64,000 bases of DNA from Acidobacteriota bacterium (GCA_965217775.1 CBDCJH010000002.1:3318686-3382685), one strand, 5' to 3'; positions 55,091 through 64,000 are shown, counted from the stretch's first letter. The notes: a model not told the origin generated them from the letters alone. Translations and numbers: made by a program.

Positions 55091-55813
55091 CTAAGGCGCC
55101 CCGCCGTCCAACTCGCGAACGTAGATGTTACGAAACCAGAGCCGGTTGCCATGGTTCTGCAGCTCGATCTGGCCCCCAGGATAGATCCGTTGGGACCGGT
55201 CCCAAATATTTTCCATCACCACCTGGTCGGTCACCAACTTGCCGTTGAGCTTCACCGTGACCCGCTCGCCGACCATCTTGATGTAGAAGGTATTCCACTG
55301 ACCCACAGGCAGGTCCGCCTTCACCAGGGGAAAACGGGGATGGACCTTGTTGTTCCACAGGGCCCCCGAGCCCTTGTCGTTACCGTGCCTGCGATACTTC
55401 TCGGACTCCGTGTCCCAGATCTGAACCTGGGGGCTGCCGCGCAGATAGATGCCGCTGTCTCCGTCTTCCAGGATCTTCCAGTCGACATACAGTTCGAAAT
55501 CACCGTAGTCCCTGGCGGTGCACAGGCTGTCGCCCTTGCCGTCGAACTCCAGAACACCGTCGACCACTCTCCAGTGGGCCCGCATGCGCTCGTCGGCCTT
55601 CTTCTGAGCCTCCGCCAGTTCCGCCGGCGACATCGCGGCACGCTTGATCGGGTGTTCCACCAACCCCTTCCAACCAGCCAGGGTCTTGCCGTCGAAGAGT
55701 GCGGTAAAGCCTTCGGGTGGCTGCGGACCGGGTGCTGCCGAAAGCGGAGCCAGCATCGTGACCAGGCAGGCGACGAATCCGGGGATCCAGGTGTTGCGGC
55801 GGTGGTCTCGCAT
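55091..55813 (-). CDS. DUF1080 (3-keto-disaccharide hydrolase-like, ConA-fold) protein
   Basis: Signal peptide. Blocks FDGKTLAGWKG, WRVVDGVLEF, DFELYVDWKI..GDSGIYLRG, EVQIWD-like segment, GQIELQNHGNRLWFRNIYVREL. Confidence 0.8.
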   Translation of the reverse strand: MRDHRRNTWIPGFVACLVTMLAPLSAAPGPQPPEGFTALFDGKTLAGWKGLVEHPIKRAAMSPAELAEAQKKADERMRAHWRVVDGVLEFDGKGDSLCTARDYGDFELYVDWKILEDGDSGIYLRGSPQVQIWDTESEKYRRHGNDKGSGALWNNKVHPRFPLVKADLPVGQWNTFYIKMVGERVTVKLNGKLVTDQVVMENIWDRSQRIYPGGQIELQNHGNRLWFRNIYVRELDGGAP

Positions 55814-55970
55814 CGGTTTCAACTCCTGCAGGATGGGTGCCACACGAAGCGACACAATTGTCTGGTGGCCGAAGTATAGCACCCGTCCCCCCGGCGATCA
55901 TGCTCCGGGAGCCTCACTGGAGCCGGCAAATCGCGGTGGAGGGATTGGAACGATCCGGCCTGTAGATCGT

Positions 55971-55993
55971 GAAAAATGGACTGTCCCCTTTTT
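55971..55993 (+). promoter_or_regulatory. copy (f) of conserved intergenic motif (degenerate 5' part)
   Basis: GAAAAATGGACTGTCCCCTTTTT. It lies 158-180 nt upstream of the DUF1080 start at 55813. Confidence 0.4.
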
Positions 55994-55997
55994 ACAT

Positions 55998-57086
55998 CTA
56001 TTCCAGCCCGAACAGTCGTGCTGCATTCCCGCCGAAGAAGAGTGACCTGTCTTCCCCGGACATGAACTCGGCGTGCAGCCGAACATAGTCCATTGCCTGC
56101 CGGTAGGTAACACTGCGTTCGGCCGCCGGCATGTCCGAACCCCAGATCAGCTTTTCCGGTCCCAGCTCGTCGTACAACCGTTTGAGGATGTCTTGCGCCC
56201 ACGAAAATGGATACTCGGTGTCCGGCGCCATCAGATGCAGCATGACTTCCAGGCTCAGGTTCGGGTTCTTGAGGCAGGTCAGGACTTCAACCGGGATTTC
56301 GAATCGCTCTTCGGGGGGACGCATGACGATGGTCTCGATGCCGTGGGTGTAGACGCAGGGAATATCCGGGTGCGACTTGGCCCAGCGGTCCAGACGGACG
56401 ACCTGCTCCAGGTAGCTGCCGAGCCGATCCCGGTGACTCGTGTAGAGGTACCAGAACACCGGAATCTCCAGCCGGCGGACCGTTTCCCACAGGGGTTCGA
56501 ACTTGGCGTCGTCCAGGTGATCGACCCAGCCGGTGAAGGCCAACGATTCAACCGAAAAATAGAGTCCCCTCAACCCCAGGGTTTCGACGGCGTACTCCAA
56601 TCGGGACCATTGGAGTTCCTGATCCGCCTCCCACTCCCGGATCTGAGCCAGCGGAAGGAACCGTCCCGGATACCGGCTCATGCAGTCGCTCAGGATCTCG
56701 TTGAGGCTGCCGTAGATATGGTCGTGTTGCAGGACCGCCATATCCACACCCAGATAGTCCATGTAGGCGATCATGAGTTCGGGAGGAGCCGCCATGTCCT
56801 GAAACCAACAGGGATACCACTGCAGATAGTAGTCTTCGCCATCCACGGTGCATTCCAACTGGCCATGCCCCGCAACGCGGAAATTGACGTCCGGCATATC
56901 CGCTATGCCATCGCCGGCCGGCATCAGCAGTGAGATATCGGCAGGCAAACCGTCGCGGCGCCGGCGCCAGCCTTGGGAGTGGAACTGCACGTGATGCTGG
57001 ATGATTTGCAACTGGGTCTCCGCCGCCTGATCGCCCGAGTCGGTGCCCAAGCGCGGAAACACATGAGCATGGGCATCGATAATCAT
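55998..57086 (-). CDS. amidohydrolase_2-family metal-dependent hydrolase (TIM barrel)
   Basis: N-terminal MIIDAHAHVFP (HxH metal motif), C-terminal LIWGSDMP and FFGGNAARLF. An alternative GTG start exists at 57116. Confidence 0.75.
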   Translation of the reverse strand: MIIDAHAHVFPRLGTDSGDQAAETQLQIIQHHVQFHSQGWRRRRDGLPADISLLMPAGDGIADMPDVNFRVAGHGQLECTVDGEDYYLQWYPCWFQDMAAPPELMIAYMDYLGVDMAVLQHDHIYGSLNEILSDCMSRYPGRFLPLAQIREWEADQELQWSRLEYAVETLGLRGLYFSVESLAFTGWVDHLDDAKFEPLWETVRRLEIPVFWYLYTSHRDRLGSYLEQVVRLDRWAKSHPDIPCVYTHGIETIVMRPPEERFEIPVEVLTCLKNPNLSLEVMLHLMAPDTEYPFSWAQDILKRLYDELGPEKLIWGSDMPAAERSVTYRQAMDYVRLHAEFMSGEDRSLFFGGNAARLFGLE

Positions 57087-57119
57087 CTGATGGAGATTAT
57101 AAAGAGTGGTTGACACGCT

Positions 57120-57740
57120 CTACAGTTCTGGTGACACGCTCGGCCTATCGGCCCACGTTCCGCCACCGGCGGCAGAAACCCCAGCCGCCAAGATGTTGAT
57201 CGCAGCGTTATGGTCCCTGTCCATCCGGAGTCCGCAGGTGCGGCACCTGTAGGTCTCACTGCGTCCCGGATCGTGACGACTGCCGCACCTGTGACAGTCC
57301 TGCGACGTGTATTTCGGGTCCACTTCTACGAACTCCCGACCGGCCCACTCTGCCTTGTACTGGAGTTGATTGCGTAGAAGTCCCCAGGATTGGGTGAGGA
57401 TCTCCCGATTCAGGCCCTTCTTGTGCAGGCCCTTGGTGGACATCCCCGTGATGTTCAGCTTCTCGACGGCGATGAGTCCGTGAGAACGCACGATCCGAGT
57501 CGTGGCCCGGTGGCACGTATTCCGGTTCCTGACCTTCTCGCGGTAGCGTAGCCGTGCCAATTGCCGGACCCGCTTCTTGCGGCGGTTCGATCCCCGCTTG
57601 CAACGGGCAACTCTTCTCTGCTGACGCTTGATCTCCGCCCAATTGCGGCGGTGGCGTTCGATCCGTTCTCCGGTGGACAAGACGGCCCGTTTACGGACTC
57701 CAAGGTCGATCCCCACCGCAGCGTCACAACGGGGGAAATC
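57120..57740 (-). mobile_element. tnpB: IS200/IS605-family tnpB (RNA-guided nuclease) remnant, 5'-truncated
   Basis: RuvC-I AVGIDLGV, RuvC-II IAVEKLN, zinc finger CHRCG..CRTCG and RuvC-III DRDHNAAINI are all present. Homology starts only about 3 residues before RuvC-I, so the N-terminal WED/REC half is missing. No tnpA was seen. The residual ORF overlaps the sulfatase start at 57745 in antisense. Confidence 0.8.
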
Positions 57741-57744
57741 CGAG

Positions 57745-59175
57745 ATGTTCCGATCTTTCGCCGCAGTGAACTCAGTGCTGTTCTCCGGACTTCTTGCGAT
57801 TCCGGGAATGGCGTCCGAGAGGGTGAACCTGATCTCCATCGTCACCGACGACCAGGCTCAATGGGCGGTCGGAGCCTACGGCAACCGGGACATTCTCACC
57901 CCGAACATGGATCGGTTGGCGGAGGAGGGGGCCCTCTTCCACAACGCCTTCGTGGCCACTCCGGTGTGCTCTCCCGGCCGGGCGTCGTTTCTGACCGGGC
58001 TCTACCCCACCCAGGTGGGGATCTCCGATTGGATAGCGCCGGTGGGTTCCGACGTGGGAGTGGGGATCGCCTCGAAGTGGACCACTTGGCCCGAGACATT
58101 GCAGGCCAACGGCTACGAGACGGCTCTGGTGGGGAAATGGCATCTCGGCCTCGAACCCCAATTTCACCCGACGCGGCACGGCTTCGATACTTTCTACGGT
58201 TTTCGAGCCGGAGCGGCGCGGCCTCAGAATCCGGAGCTGGAGGTCGAGGGCAAGACCCAGGAGGTGGAGGGATACATTGCCGACCTCCTGGTCGATCGCG
58301 CGATCCGTTTCCTGGAAGACAACCGGAGTCGACCCTTCGCCCTGCTCCTCCATTTCCGGGCTCCCCACCGCCCCTATCTTCCGGTTCCTGAGGAGGACTG
58401 GACTCCCTTCCGACTGATGGATCCCGAAGTGCCGGATGTGCCCGGCCTGTCCGCCGGCCACATCAAGCAGCTGACCCGGGAATACTACGCCAGTGTCCAC
58501 TCCGTGGACCGGAATCTGGGGCGTCTGATGTGGAAAATGCGGCAGTTGGGCCTGGACTCGAACACCATCGTCCTGTTCACCAGTGACCACGGTTACATGA
58601 TTGGGCATCATGGGCTTCACTCCAAAGGAAACGCATATTGGGTCGCCGCCGGCGTTCGGAATACCGGCAGGACCTACGGCTGGTATCCCATGATCCCCAA
58701 CATGTACGAGGAATCCATCCGGGTCCCGCTGCTGATTCGGTGGCCGGGTCGGATCCGGCCCGGGACGAGGATCGATGAACCTGTCTCCAACGTCGACATC
58801 TTCCCCACCCTCCTTAAGCTGCTGGGAATACCCGCCCCGTCTCGAGTCAAACTGGAGGGACGGGATTTCTCGCCTCTGCTGCGGGGCGAGAAGATCCCGT
58901 GGCGAGAGGAGATCTTCGGTCAGTACGACGTGCACAACAACGGACTGGCGTTCATGCGGATGATCCGGACCGATCGTTGGAAGCTGGTCCGGTACCATCT
59001 GAGCAACTACCTCGACCGTCTCTACGATCTGAAGCAGGACCCTGGAGAGATGAGGAACCTGTACCGGGATCCCGGGCACCAGGAGGTTCGCCAGGATCTG
59101 ACCAGACGGCTGGAGTCCTGGCAGCGTTCCATCGACGATCCGGTCCTGCGTTGGGAGAAAGCCATGGGGCGCTGA
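57745..59175 (+). CDS. S1 sulfatase, canonical CSPGR motif
   Basis: Signal peptide MFRSFAAVNSVLFSGLLAIPGMA. Blocks NLISIVTDDQAQW, TPVCSPGRASFLTGLYP, GKWHLG, TSDHGY. It resembles 26410-27873. Confidence 0.9.
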   Translation: MFRSFAAVNSVLFSGLLAIPGMASERVNLISIVTDDQAQWAVGAYGNRDILTPNMDRLAEEGALFHNAFVATPVCSPGRASFLTGLYPTQVGISDWIAPVGSDVGVGIASKWTTWPETLQANGYETALVGKWHLGLEPQFHPTRHGFDTFYGFRAGAARPQNPELEVEGKTQEVEGYIADLLVDRAIRFLEDNRSRPFALLLHFRAPHRPYLPVPEEDWTPFRLMDPEVPDVPGLSAGHIKQLTREYYASVHSVDRNLGRLMWKMRQLGLDSNTIVLFTSDHGYMIGHHGLHSKGNAYWVAAGVRNTGRTYGWYPMIPNMYEESIRVPLLIRWPGRIRPGTRIDEPVSNVDIFPTLLKLLGIPAPSRVKLEGRDFSPLLRGEKIPWREEIFGQYDVHNNGLAFMRMIRTDRWKLVRYHLSNYLDRLYDLKQDPGEMRNLYRDPGHQEVRQDLTRRLESWQRSIDDPVLRWEKAMGR

Positions 59176-59236
59176 TCCGTCCGGGCCGGGCACTTCCCCG
59201 CCCCCGCGGCGCGGAGGAGGACGCGGGGAAGTCGAA

Positions 59237-59605
59237 GTGGAATCGCTGCTGGAGGGGACCCGTGTGGAGCCGGGACCGATCCGTCCCCTCCGGCCGGTCG
59301 GGTACTACCACCGTGAGCCGGAAGTGGGGGCTCCGGAACGGGAGTCGCGGCACGTGCTGCCGGCGCAGGAACACGGACGGTGGTCCTATCCTTCGGTTTT
59401 TGTCATGGCAGACCGCGTGTTCATCGCCCACACCTACAGCATTTACGAAGACCACCCCACCAAGGCCCGACTCGTGCTTTCCAGCCGCCGGGAAGACGGG
59501 TTCAACCAGAAGCTCAAGGTCTTTCCCCTGACTTGGTTCTACGGGGAAAAGGAGCCGGCCGACAACCCCTTCCTGCCGCGAGTCCGGAGGCCGGCGCGTC
59601 CCTGA
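59237..59605 (+). pseudogene. probable C-terminal fragment of a BNR/sialidase-like propeller protein
   Basis: ..WSYPSVFVMADRVFIAHTYSIYED....QKLKVFPLTWFYG resembles the last blade and closing strand of sialidase-like propellers. It has 122 codons, a GTG start, and no N-terminal domain or signal peptide. Confidence 0.35.
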
Positions 59606-59613
59606 GGCGAAGC

Positions 59614-59868
59614 AATGGAAAACTGAACTTGGAGACGGGCGCCGGGGGATCGGTCCAAGTGGAAATTCAGGACGAGAAAGGCGTTCCCATCCCCGGTTTC
59701 ACGGCGGCGGAAGCGGACGAGATCAACGGCAACCACGTGCGGATCATAGCCTCCTGGCAGGGCTCCCGGGACCTGCGCTCCCTGGAGGGCCGGACCGTCC
59801 GGTTGCGTTTCGTGATGCGGGACGCGAACCTCTACTCATTCCAGTCCGTCGCCCGGAAAGAGCCCTGA
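59614..59868 (+). pseudogene. isolated C-terminal beta-sandwich fragment of the propeller/sandwich family
   Basis: NGKLNLETGAGGSVQVEIQDEKGVPIPGFTAAEADEINGNHVRIIASWQGSRDLRSLEGRTVRLRFVMRDANLYSFQ aligns with the last roughly 85 aa of type A proteins. There is no propeller part and no in-frame start nearby. Confidence 0.6.
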
Positions 59869-59894
59869 ACCCAGGGCCCCGCGGCCGCCCCGGC

Positions 59895-62774
59895 TCAGGG
59901 GCGGTAGTCGACCCAGACCGGCGACCCCCAGGCCATCTCTCCGTCTTCCTGGATCACGCGAAGATAGTAGTAGCTCTCCCCCGGCTCGGAGGCTCCGTCC
60001 GCGTACTGGAATTCGACTTCCCTCTTGTCCGGCGCCGCAGAGTAGACGATCCGGTTGTCCTTGATGACGTCCACGCGGCGGATGGGCTTTGTGCCCAGCA
60101 GATTGGCCTGGATTCGGATCGGCGTCGCGCTCTTGAATGCCTCCCCCATCAGGTGCTCTCCGTCCGATCCGAGGAATCGGACATCCAGGATGATGTTGTC
60201 GGTGGCGGCGTAGGCCCGCCGGGCTCGGATAGCCTCCAGGAGCCCCTCCGGCGTCAGCTCCTCGGCCAGGAGGCAGGCGTAGCTGATGTGGGTGGAGAGG
60301 TGATCCGAGGAGGCGATGAAGCCCAGCTTGTAGCCCTTCTCCAGCGCGCTCCAGGCCGTGCCCAGCCGCCGAAAGGGTCGATTGTCCTGCTCCAGAGTGG
60401 AACTGGGCTGAACCGTCATGGGCTGGGGGGCACCCGGATACTCGTAGGTCTCCCGCATTCCCTGGAAGATCTCCAGCAGGTGCTCGACCTTGGGATCGTT
60501 GTCGCGCCAGTCGGTACCGGACCCGGTCGCCATGGTGTGGGGGATGGAGGTCCCGTTCTTCCGGCGGAGGTGCCAAAAGAGCCGCTCAGCCCCCTCCAGC
60601 CCCAGGTGCTCGGCGGTCTCGATGGGGAGGATCGAGGTTCCGCGGCGAATGAAGAAGACGTTGCGGTGGCCGTTGGGGAATTCGAGGCTCCGCTCGTAAC
60701 CGTAGAAAGCGGCGAAGTTCTCCAGTTGGAAGAGGTCGGCGACCTTCTGGTTCCGCCACCAGTTGTAAGGTTCAACGATCTCGTGGTTGTGGTCCGTGAC
60801 CCCCAGGAAGTCCATCCCCGCCGCATCCCGGGCGTATCGATAGGCGTCGACGAGGGAGCCGTCCCCCCCGCCGTCCAGGGAGATGTCCGTATGGCGGTGC
60901 AGGTCTCCCCTGTAGATGGCGTAGGTCCGCCCTCGGGAATGGATGCGGTAGGACCGGATTCGCTCCAGATCCCCGGGCTCGTCCGGATGGGCCGGTTCGA
61001 AGGGTTCGACCGCTGGAAGCTGGAGGGGAGACAACTCGATCGGGGCGGATTCTCCCTGGCCCAACACCCCCACCATGACCTGACCATGGTTTGCCAGATA
61101 AGACTTGGTGGTCCGATTGTCGGTGGGCCATGCGGCCCAGACGCGCCCGTCGGGGTCCAGGGCGGACACCGGCATCATGTCGTTCCGGCCAGCGCTTTTG
61201 AAGAGTGTGGCAGGACGAGTCCACCGGGACCCGTCGTATCGCAGGCAGGCGATCACCCAGGCGGCGAAGTAGCGCCCCCGGCCCTCGGCCTGGCGCATCG
61301 TCAGGCGCCGGACCAGCAGCCAGGGATGACCCGACGCATCCAACTGGAGATGGGGCATCTCCCATTTCCCCTCCCCCAGGTGAACGGCGGGATCCTGAAG
61401 GGTGGTCATCCACTTGCCGTCGGCCAGACACGCGATCCGCAGCGTCCGGGTCTCATAGAGCTCCGTTCCCTTGGACTGGCCGCTTTGATCGACGAGCCGC
61501 CCCGTATCCTTGCCCCACTGAGGACCCGACTCGTGCCAGGCGATCCAGACCCGCCCCCGGCCGTCCATGGCCACCGTGGCGCCGGCCTCGAAGCGAGGCG
61601 TTGCGGCCACCCTCCGGACTTCCTGCCACCGGCCCGACCGCCGCAGCCTGAGATAGACGTCGTAGTTGCCGGAAGCGTAGCCATCCCAGGCCACGGCCAA
61701 ATCACCACCGGGACCCGCGGCCACCGAAGGCCACCAGTTGTTTCCCCCAGCGGCCGGACCCTCACTGATGCGGACCTCCCGGCCCCAGCGTCGGCCGTCG
61801 AAGTCCTGGGCCACGATCTGGGTCACGCCGTCAATGGTCCTCTGCCAGACCAGCCAGAGCCTGCCCTCCGAATCCGTGACGGCGCGGTGGTAAACGTCGG
61901 GACTCGGATGATCGGTGAGCCGCTGGCGGGCCGACCATCGCCGCCCATCGAAATTCTTCGCGTACAGGTCCCAATTCCCCTCCACCTGTACGGACCAGAC
62001 GACCCAAACCCGGCCTCTCGAATCTTCGGCCAGCGCCGTTCGGAAGGCGTCAACGCCGGCATCCAAGAGATGGACCGGGCCCCAGCCCGACTCGCCCCGG
62101 GACCGGGCCAGCACCAGGTCCGCCTCCCCCTCGACGTATTCCTGCCACGCGGCCCAGAGCGTGCCTGATCGGGTCGCCGTCAATGACGGGTAGTCCTGGA
62201 TGTCGAAGCGCTCTGAGGCCAGAGGGGACGAAGGCGGGACCGCTTCCACCAGGACGGCTCCCTCCAAAAACGTCTCGGATTGAAATAGCCGGATGCCCCC
62301 CGGCCGAAAACTGAACGCTCCCTTCTCCGTCTCGATCCGGATGGGCGGGTCTCCCGGATTCTGCAGGACGTTGACGATGACGCTGGGATGGCGCAGCGTG
62401 CTTTCGCCTCTTCGCATCCAGCTCATGCGGGTGGCCGCCACCCAGCCCAGCTTCCCCTTGATCTGATCGTTGGGGAGTTGCGGATCGGCGTCGACCGAGT
62501 GGATGCTGTCGAGGAAGCTGTGGCGGTAGATGTTGGCCCGGAACTCGTCCGATTTCAGCTCGAGCTTCTGTCCCGGGACCGGGACCAGCCTGCCGCTCCA
62601 GATTCCGGGTTCTTCGTCGAGGAGCCCCAGCCGGACCCGGAAGGAGGATTCGGGGAGCAGAACCTCAGTCGACTGGGGCGGCGGAGTGCCGGCGGGCCGG
62701 CATTGGGACAACCCGATGGCCAATACCAGCACTCCGAGGCCCGATAACGAGAACGACACGCGTCCGACTGCCAT
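59895..62774 (-). CDS. large lipoprotein: repeated beta-propeller-like blades + C-terminal PHP-type (CehA/McbA-like) metallohydrolase domain
   Basis: Lipobox IGLSQC. The central region has about 8 repeats of the type G-R/T-(L/V)W(V/A/L)(V/A)W....W(D/G)(L/I)Y. The C-terminal part has GDLHRHTDISLDGG, FLGVTDHNH, SIPHT and FIASSDHLS, consistent with a PHP-fold His/Asp metal centre. Confidence 0.7.
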   Translation of the reverse strand: MAVGRVSFSLSGLGVLVLAIGLSQCRPAGTPPPQSTEVLLPESSFRVRLGLLDEEPGIWSGRLVPVPGQKLELKSDEFRANIYRHSFLDSIHSVDADPQLPNDQIKGKLGWVAATRMSWMRRGESTLRHPSVIVNVLQNPGDPPIRIETEKGAFSFRPGGIRLFQSETFLEGAVLVEAVPPSSPLASERFDIQDYPSLTATRSGTLWAAWQEYVEGEADLVLARSRGESGWGPVHLLDAGVDAFRTALAEDSRGRVWVVWSVQVEGNWDLYAKNFDGRRWSARQRLTDHPSPDVYHRAVTDSEGRLWLVWQRTIDGVTQIVAQDFDGRRWGREVRISEGPAAGGNNWWPSVAAGPGGDLAVAWDGYASGNYDVYLRLRRSGRWQEVRRVAATPRFEAGATVAMDGRGRVWIAWHESGPQWGKDTGRLVDQSGQSKGTELYETRTLRIACLADGKWMTTLQDPAVHLGEGKWEMPHLQLDASGHPWLLVRRLTMRQAEGRGRYFAAWVIACLRYDGSRWTRPATLFKSAGRNDMMPVSALDPDGRVWAAWPTDNRTTKSYLANHGQVMVGVLGQGESAPIELSPLQLPAVEPFEPAHPDEPGDLERIRSYRIHSRGRTYAIYRGDLHRHTDISLDGGGDGSLVDAYRYARDAAGMDFLGVTDHNHEIVEPYNWWRNQKVADLFQLENFAAFYGYERSLEFPNGHRNVFFIRRGTSILPIETAEHLGLEGAERLFWHLRRKNGTSIPHTMATGSGTDWRDNDPKVEHLLEIFQGMRETYEYPGAPQPMTVQPSSTLEQDNRPFRRLGTAWSALEKGYKLGFIASSDHLSTHISYACLLAEELTPEGLLEAIRARRAYAATDNIILDVRFLGSDGEHLMGEAFKSATPIRIQANLLGTKPIRRVDVIKDNRIVYSAAPDKREVEFQYADGASEPGESYYYLRVIQEDGEMAWGSPVWVDYRP

Positions 62775-62904
62775 GCAGGATCCTCCGAAAAAGGTGGTGA
62801 TCTGGCCAGTCTCAACAATAACAGCCGAGTGGGACTGTCCAGTGGATCGGAGATCGAGCGGATGTTCGGCAGGCTTTCTTGTGCCGGCACCCGGTACGCC
62901 GGAA

Positions 62905-64000
62905 TCAATGAAACCGGAATGCGTACAGATGAGCGTCGCGGAGGCGCACTCGCAAACGAACCGGACGGACGGCCCAAGGGGACAGGTCGGCCTGGGGGTC
63001 CCAGCGGACGTCCCCTCCGGTTCGATCCCCGACGATTCTGGGACAGTCGTTCATGCCCGCGCCTGGTAGCGGGGCTCGGGTTTCGTCCTGGAGCTCGACC
63101 CGCAGGCCGCCACCGCCACTCGTGCGGTAGTTCAACTCCAACCGGCTGCCCGTGAAGACGATGGGCCGGGTCGTGAACTCACCCCATCCTTCATAGGGGC
63201 CTTCCACCGAAACGAAGCCGTCGCTCCGCAGCGAGCACCGCCGGAGCCGGCATTCCGGCGAGCGGTACAGCTCCGTGTAGTACATGGAGATCTCGTTCCG
63301 CCCGGTGGGCACGACCCCCTGCCCCATGATGGGATTCCGGTCCACCCAATTGCGTTCGTCGAGACCGGGGCTCAGGAAAGACTTCCGGAGCGGCCGCCGC
63401 CAATGCACTCCGTCCCGGCTGGTGGCCAATTGAACGTCGGAGAGTCCGGTCTGATAAGGCAGGCTCTTGTCGTCCCTGACGTAGAACACCATGGGGAACA
63501 TGAGAAAACTGCGGGCCGCCCGGAAATAATTGACGGCGGCGTTGGTGTAGTGATGGAGGTTGGCGGGATCCTTCAGGTCCCGGGCCAACACCAACTCCGG
63601 CTCTGACCAGTGGAGGAAATCCCGGGACTCGCAGCGCCGAATCGCCCGGCGGCCACCTTTGAAACGGGACTTGTCCACTTCGGGCCGGTTGTGGACATAG
63701 CGCCGTCCTGCGGGATCCCACATTACGGGACCTCCAGTCGAGGTGTCGACGCCGCGCATATGGATCACGTAGCGCCCGTGCTCATCGTCCCACAACAGGG
63801 TGTTGTGGCTGTCGAAGGGTCCCGAGGTGACCAGGGGAGTCTCCCGCACCGGCTTCCAGCGGATACCGTCCGAAGAGACATAACCGGGAAGCCCGCCGGA
63901 AGAGGCGATCATCTTGTAGCGTTCGGGACTTCCCGGCGGCTCGTTGGGGTCCAGGATCTGGCTGGCGTTGTGCAGCTCGGCGCCGCCCAGGATGTTGTTG
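62905..64000 (-). CDS. putative glycoside hydrolase-like protein, type A propeller/sandwich family (5' end outside window)
   Basis: The frame stays open to the window edge (..NNILGGAELHNASQILDPNEPPGSPERYKMIAS..). Blocks SSDGIRW, LLWDD, TNAAVNYFRAARSF, SRDGVHW, LRSDGFVS, GGLRVELQD, RLRVRLRDAHLYAFRF. Confidence 0.8.
   Translation of the reverse strand, partial: NNILGGAELHNASQILDPNEPPGSPERYKMIASSGGLPGYVSSDGIRWKPVRETPLVTSGPFDSHNTLLWDDEHGRYVIHMRGVDTSTGGPVMWDPAGRRYVHNRPEVDKSRFKGGRRAIRRCESRDFLHWSEPELVLARDLKDPANLHHYTNAAVNYFRAARSFLMFPMVFYVRDDKSLPYQTGLSDVQLATSRDGVHWRRPLRKSFLSPGLDERNWVDRNPIMGQGVVPTGRNEISMYYTELYRSPECRLRRCSLRSDGFVSVEGPYEGWGEFTTRPIVFTGSRLELNYRTSGGGGLRVELQDETRAPLPGAGMNDCPRIVGDRTGGDVRWDPQADLSPWAVRPVRLRVRLRDAHLYAFRFH

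Noticed and set aside
57120-57845. tnpB ORF treated as an intact, active mobile element
   Set aside because: Homology begins only at RuvC-I. The first roughly 40 codons of the ORF are non-homologous and overlap the sulfatase start in antisense. There is no tnpA and there are no identifiable IS ends.
60153-62168. 671-aa plus-strand ORF opposite the PHP-propeller gene. Similar cases: 44783-46420, 47896-49332, 37879-39231, 19730-21043
   Set aside because: Same reasoning: these are antisense or alternative-frame shadows of well-supported genes.

Overview
GC-rich bacterial chromosomal segment, by eye well above 60% GC. It is probably from an Acidobacteriota-like genome: it has a CarboxypepD_reg-type TonB-dependent receptor without a SusD partner, GWxTD-domain proteins, and many lipoprotein and TAT signal peptides. 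Almost the whole window is one very large glycan-degradation island. It holds 9 intact S1 (formylglycine-type) sulfatases plus 2 sulfatase fragments. It also holds 10 paralogs of a beta-propeller + C-terminal beta-sandwich protein family that I cannot assign to a known glycoside hydrolase family; two of these carry an N-terminal LamG/ConA-like domain. Other glycan genes are GH33 sialidases (1 intact, 1 truncated, 1 small fragment), a GH109-like NAD-dependent glycosidase, a second TAT-exported Gfo/Idh/MocA oxidoreductase, a DUF1080 protein, an MFS transporter and the TonB-dependent receptor. A smaller non-glycan group (M19-like dipeptidase, TauD-like dioxygenase, alpha/beta hydrolase, Asp/Glu/hydantoin racemase, amidohydrolase_2) is interleaved with them. 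I saw no rRNA, tRNA or CRISPR array. The island is heavily remodelled. There is a 1.7-kb segmental duplication, at least nine gene fragments or scars, a 5'-truncated IS200/IS605-type tnpB, and two related ~160-bp MITE-like repeat families, one copy of which interrupts an FG-GAP repeat gene. A conserved, strand-oriented ~25-nt motif (GGAAGAAACAGACTGTCCCCTTTTCGGTC) occurs six times, only in 5' intergenic regions. Functional calls rest on motif recognition by eye, with no database search. Start codons are best guesses.
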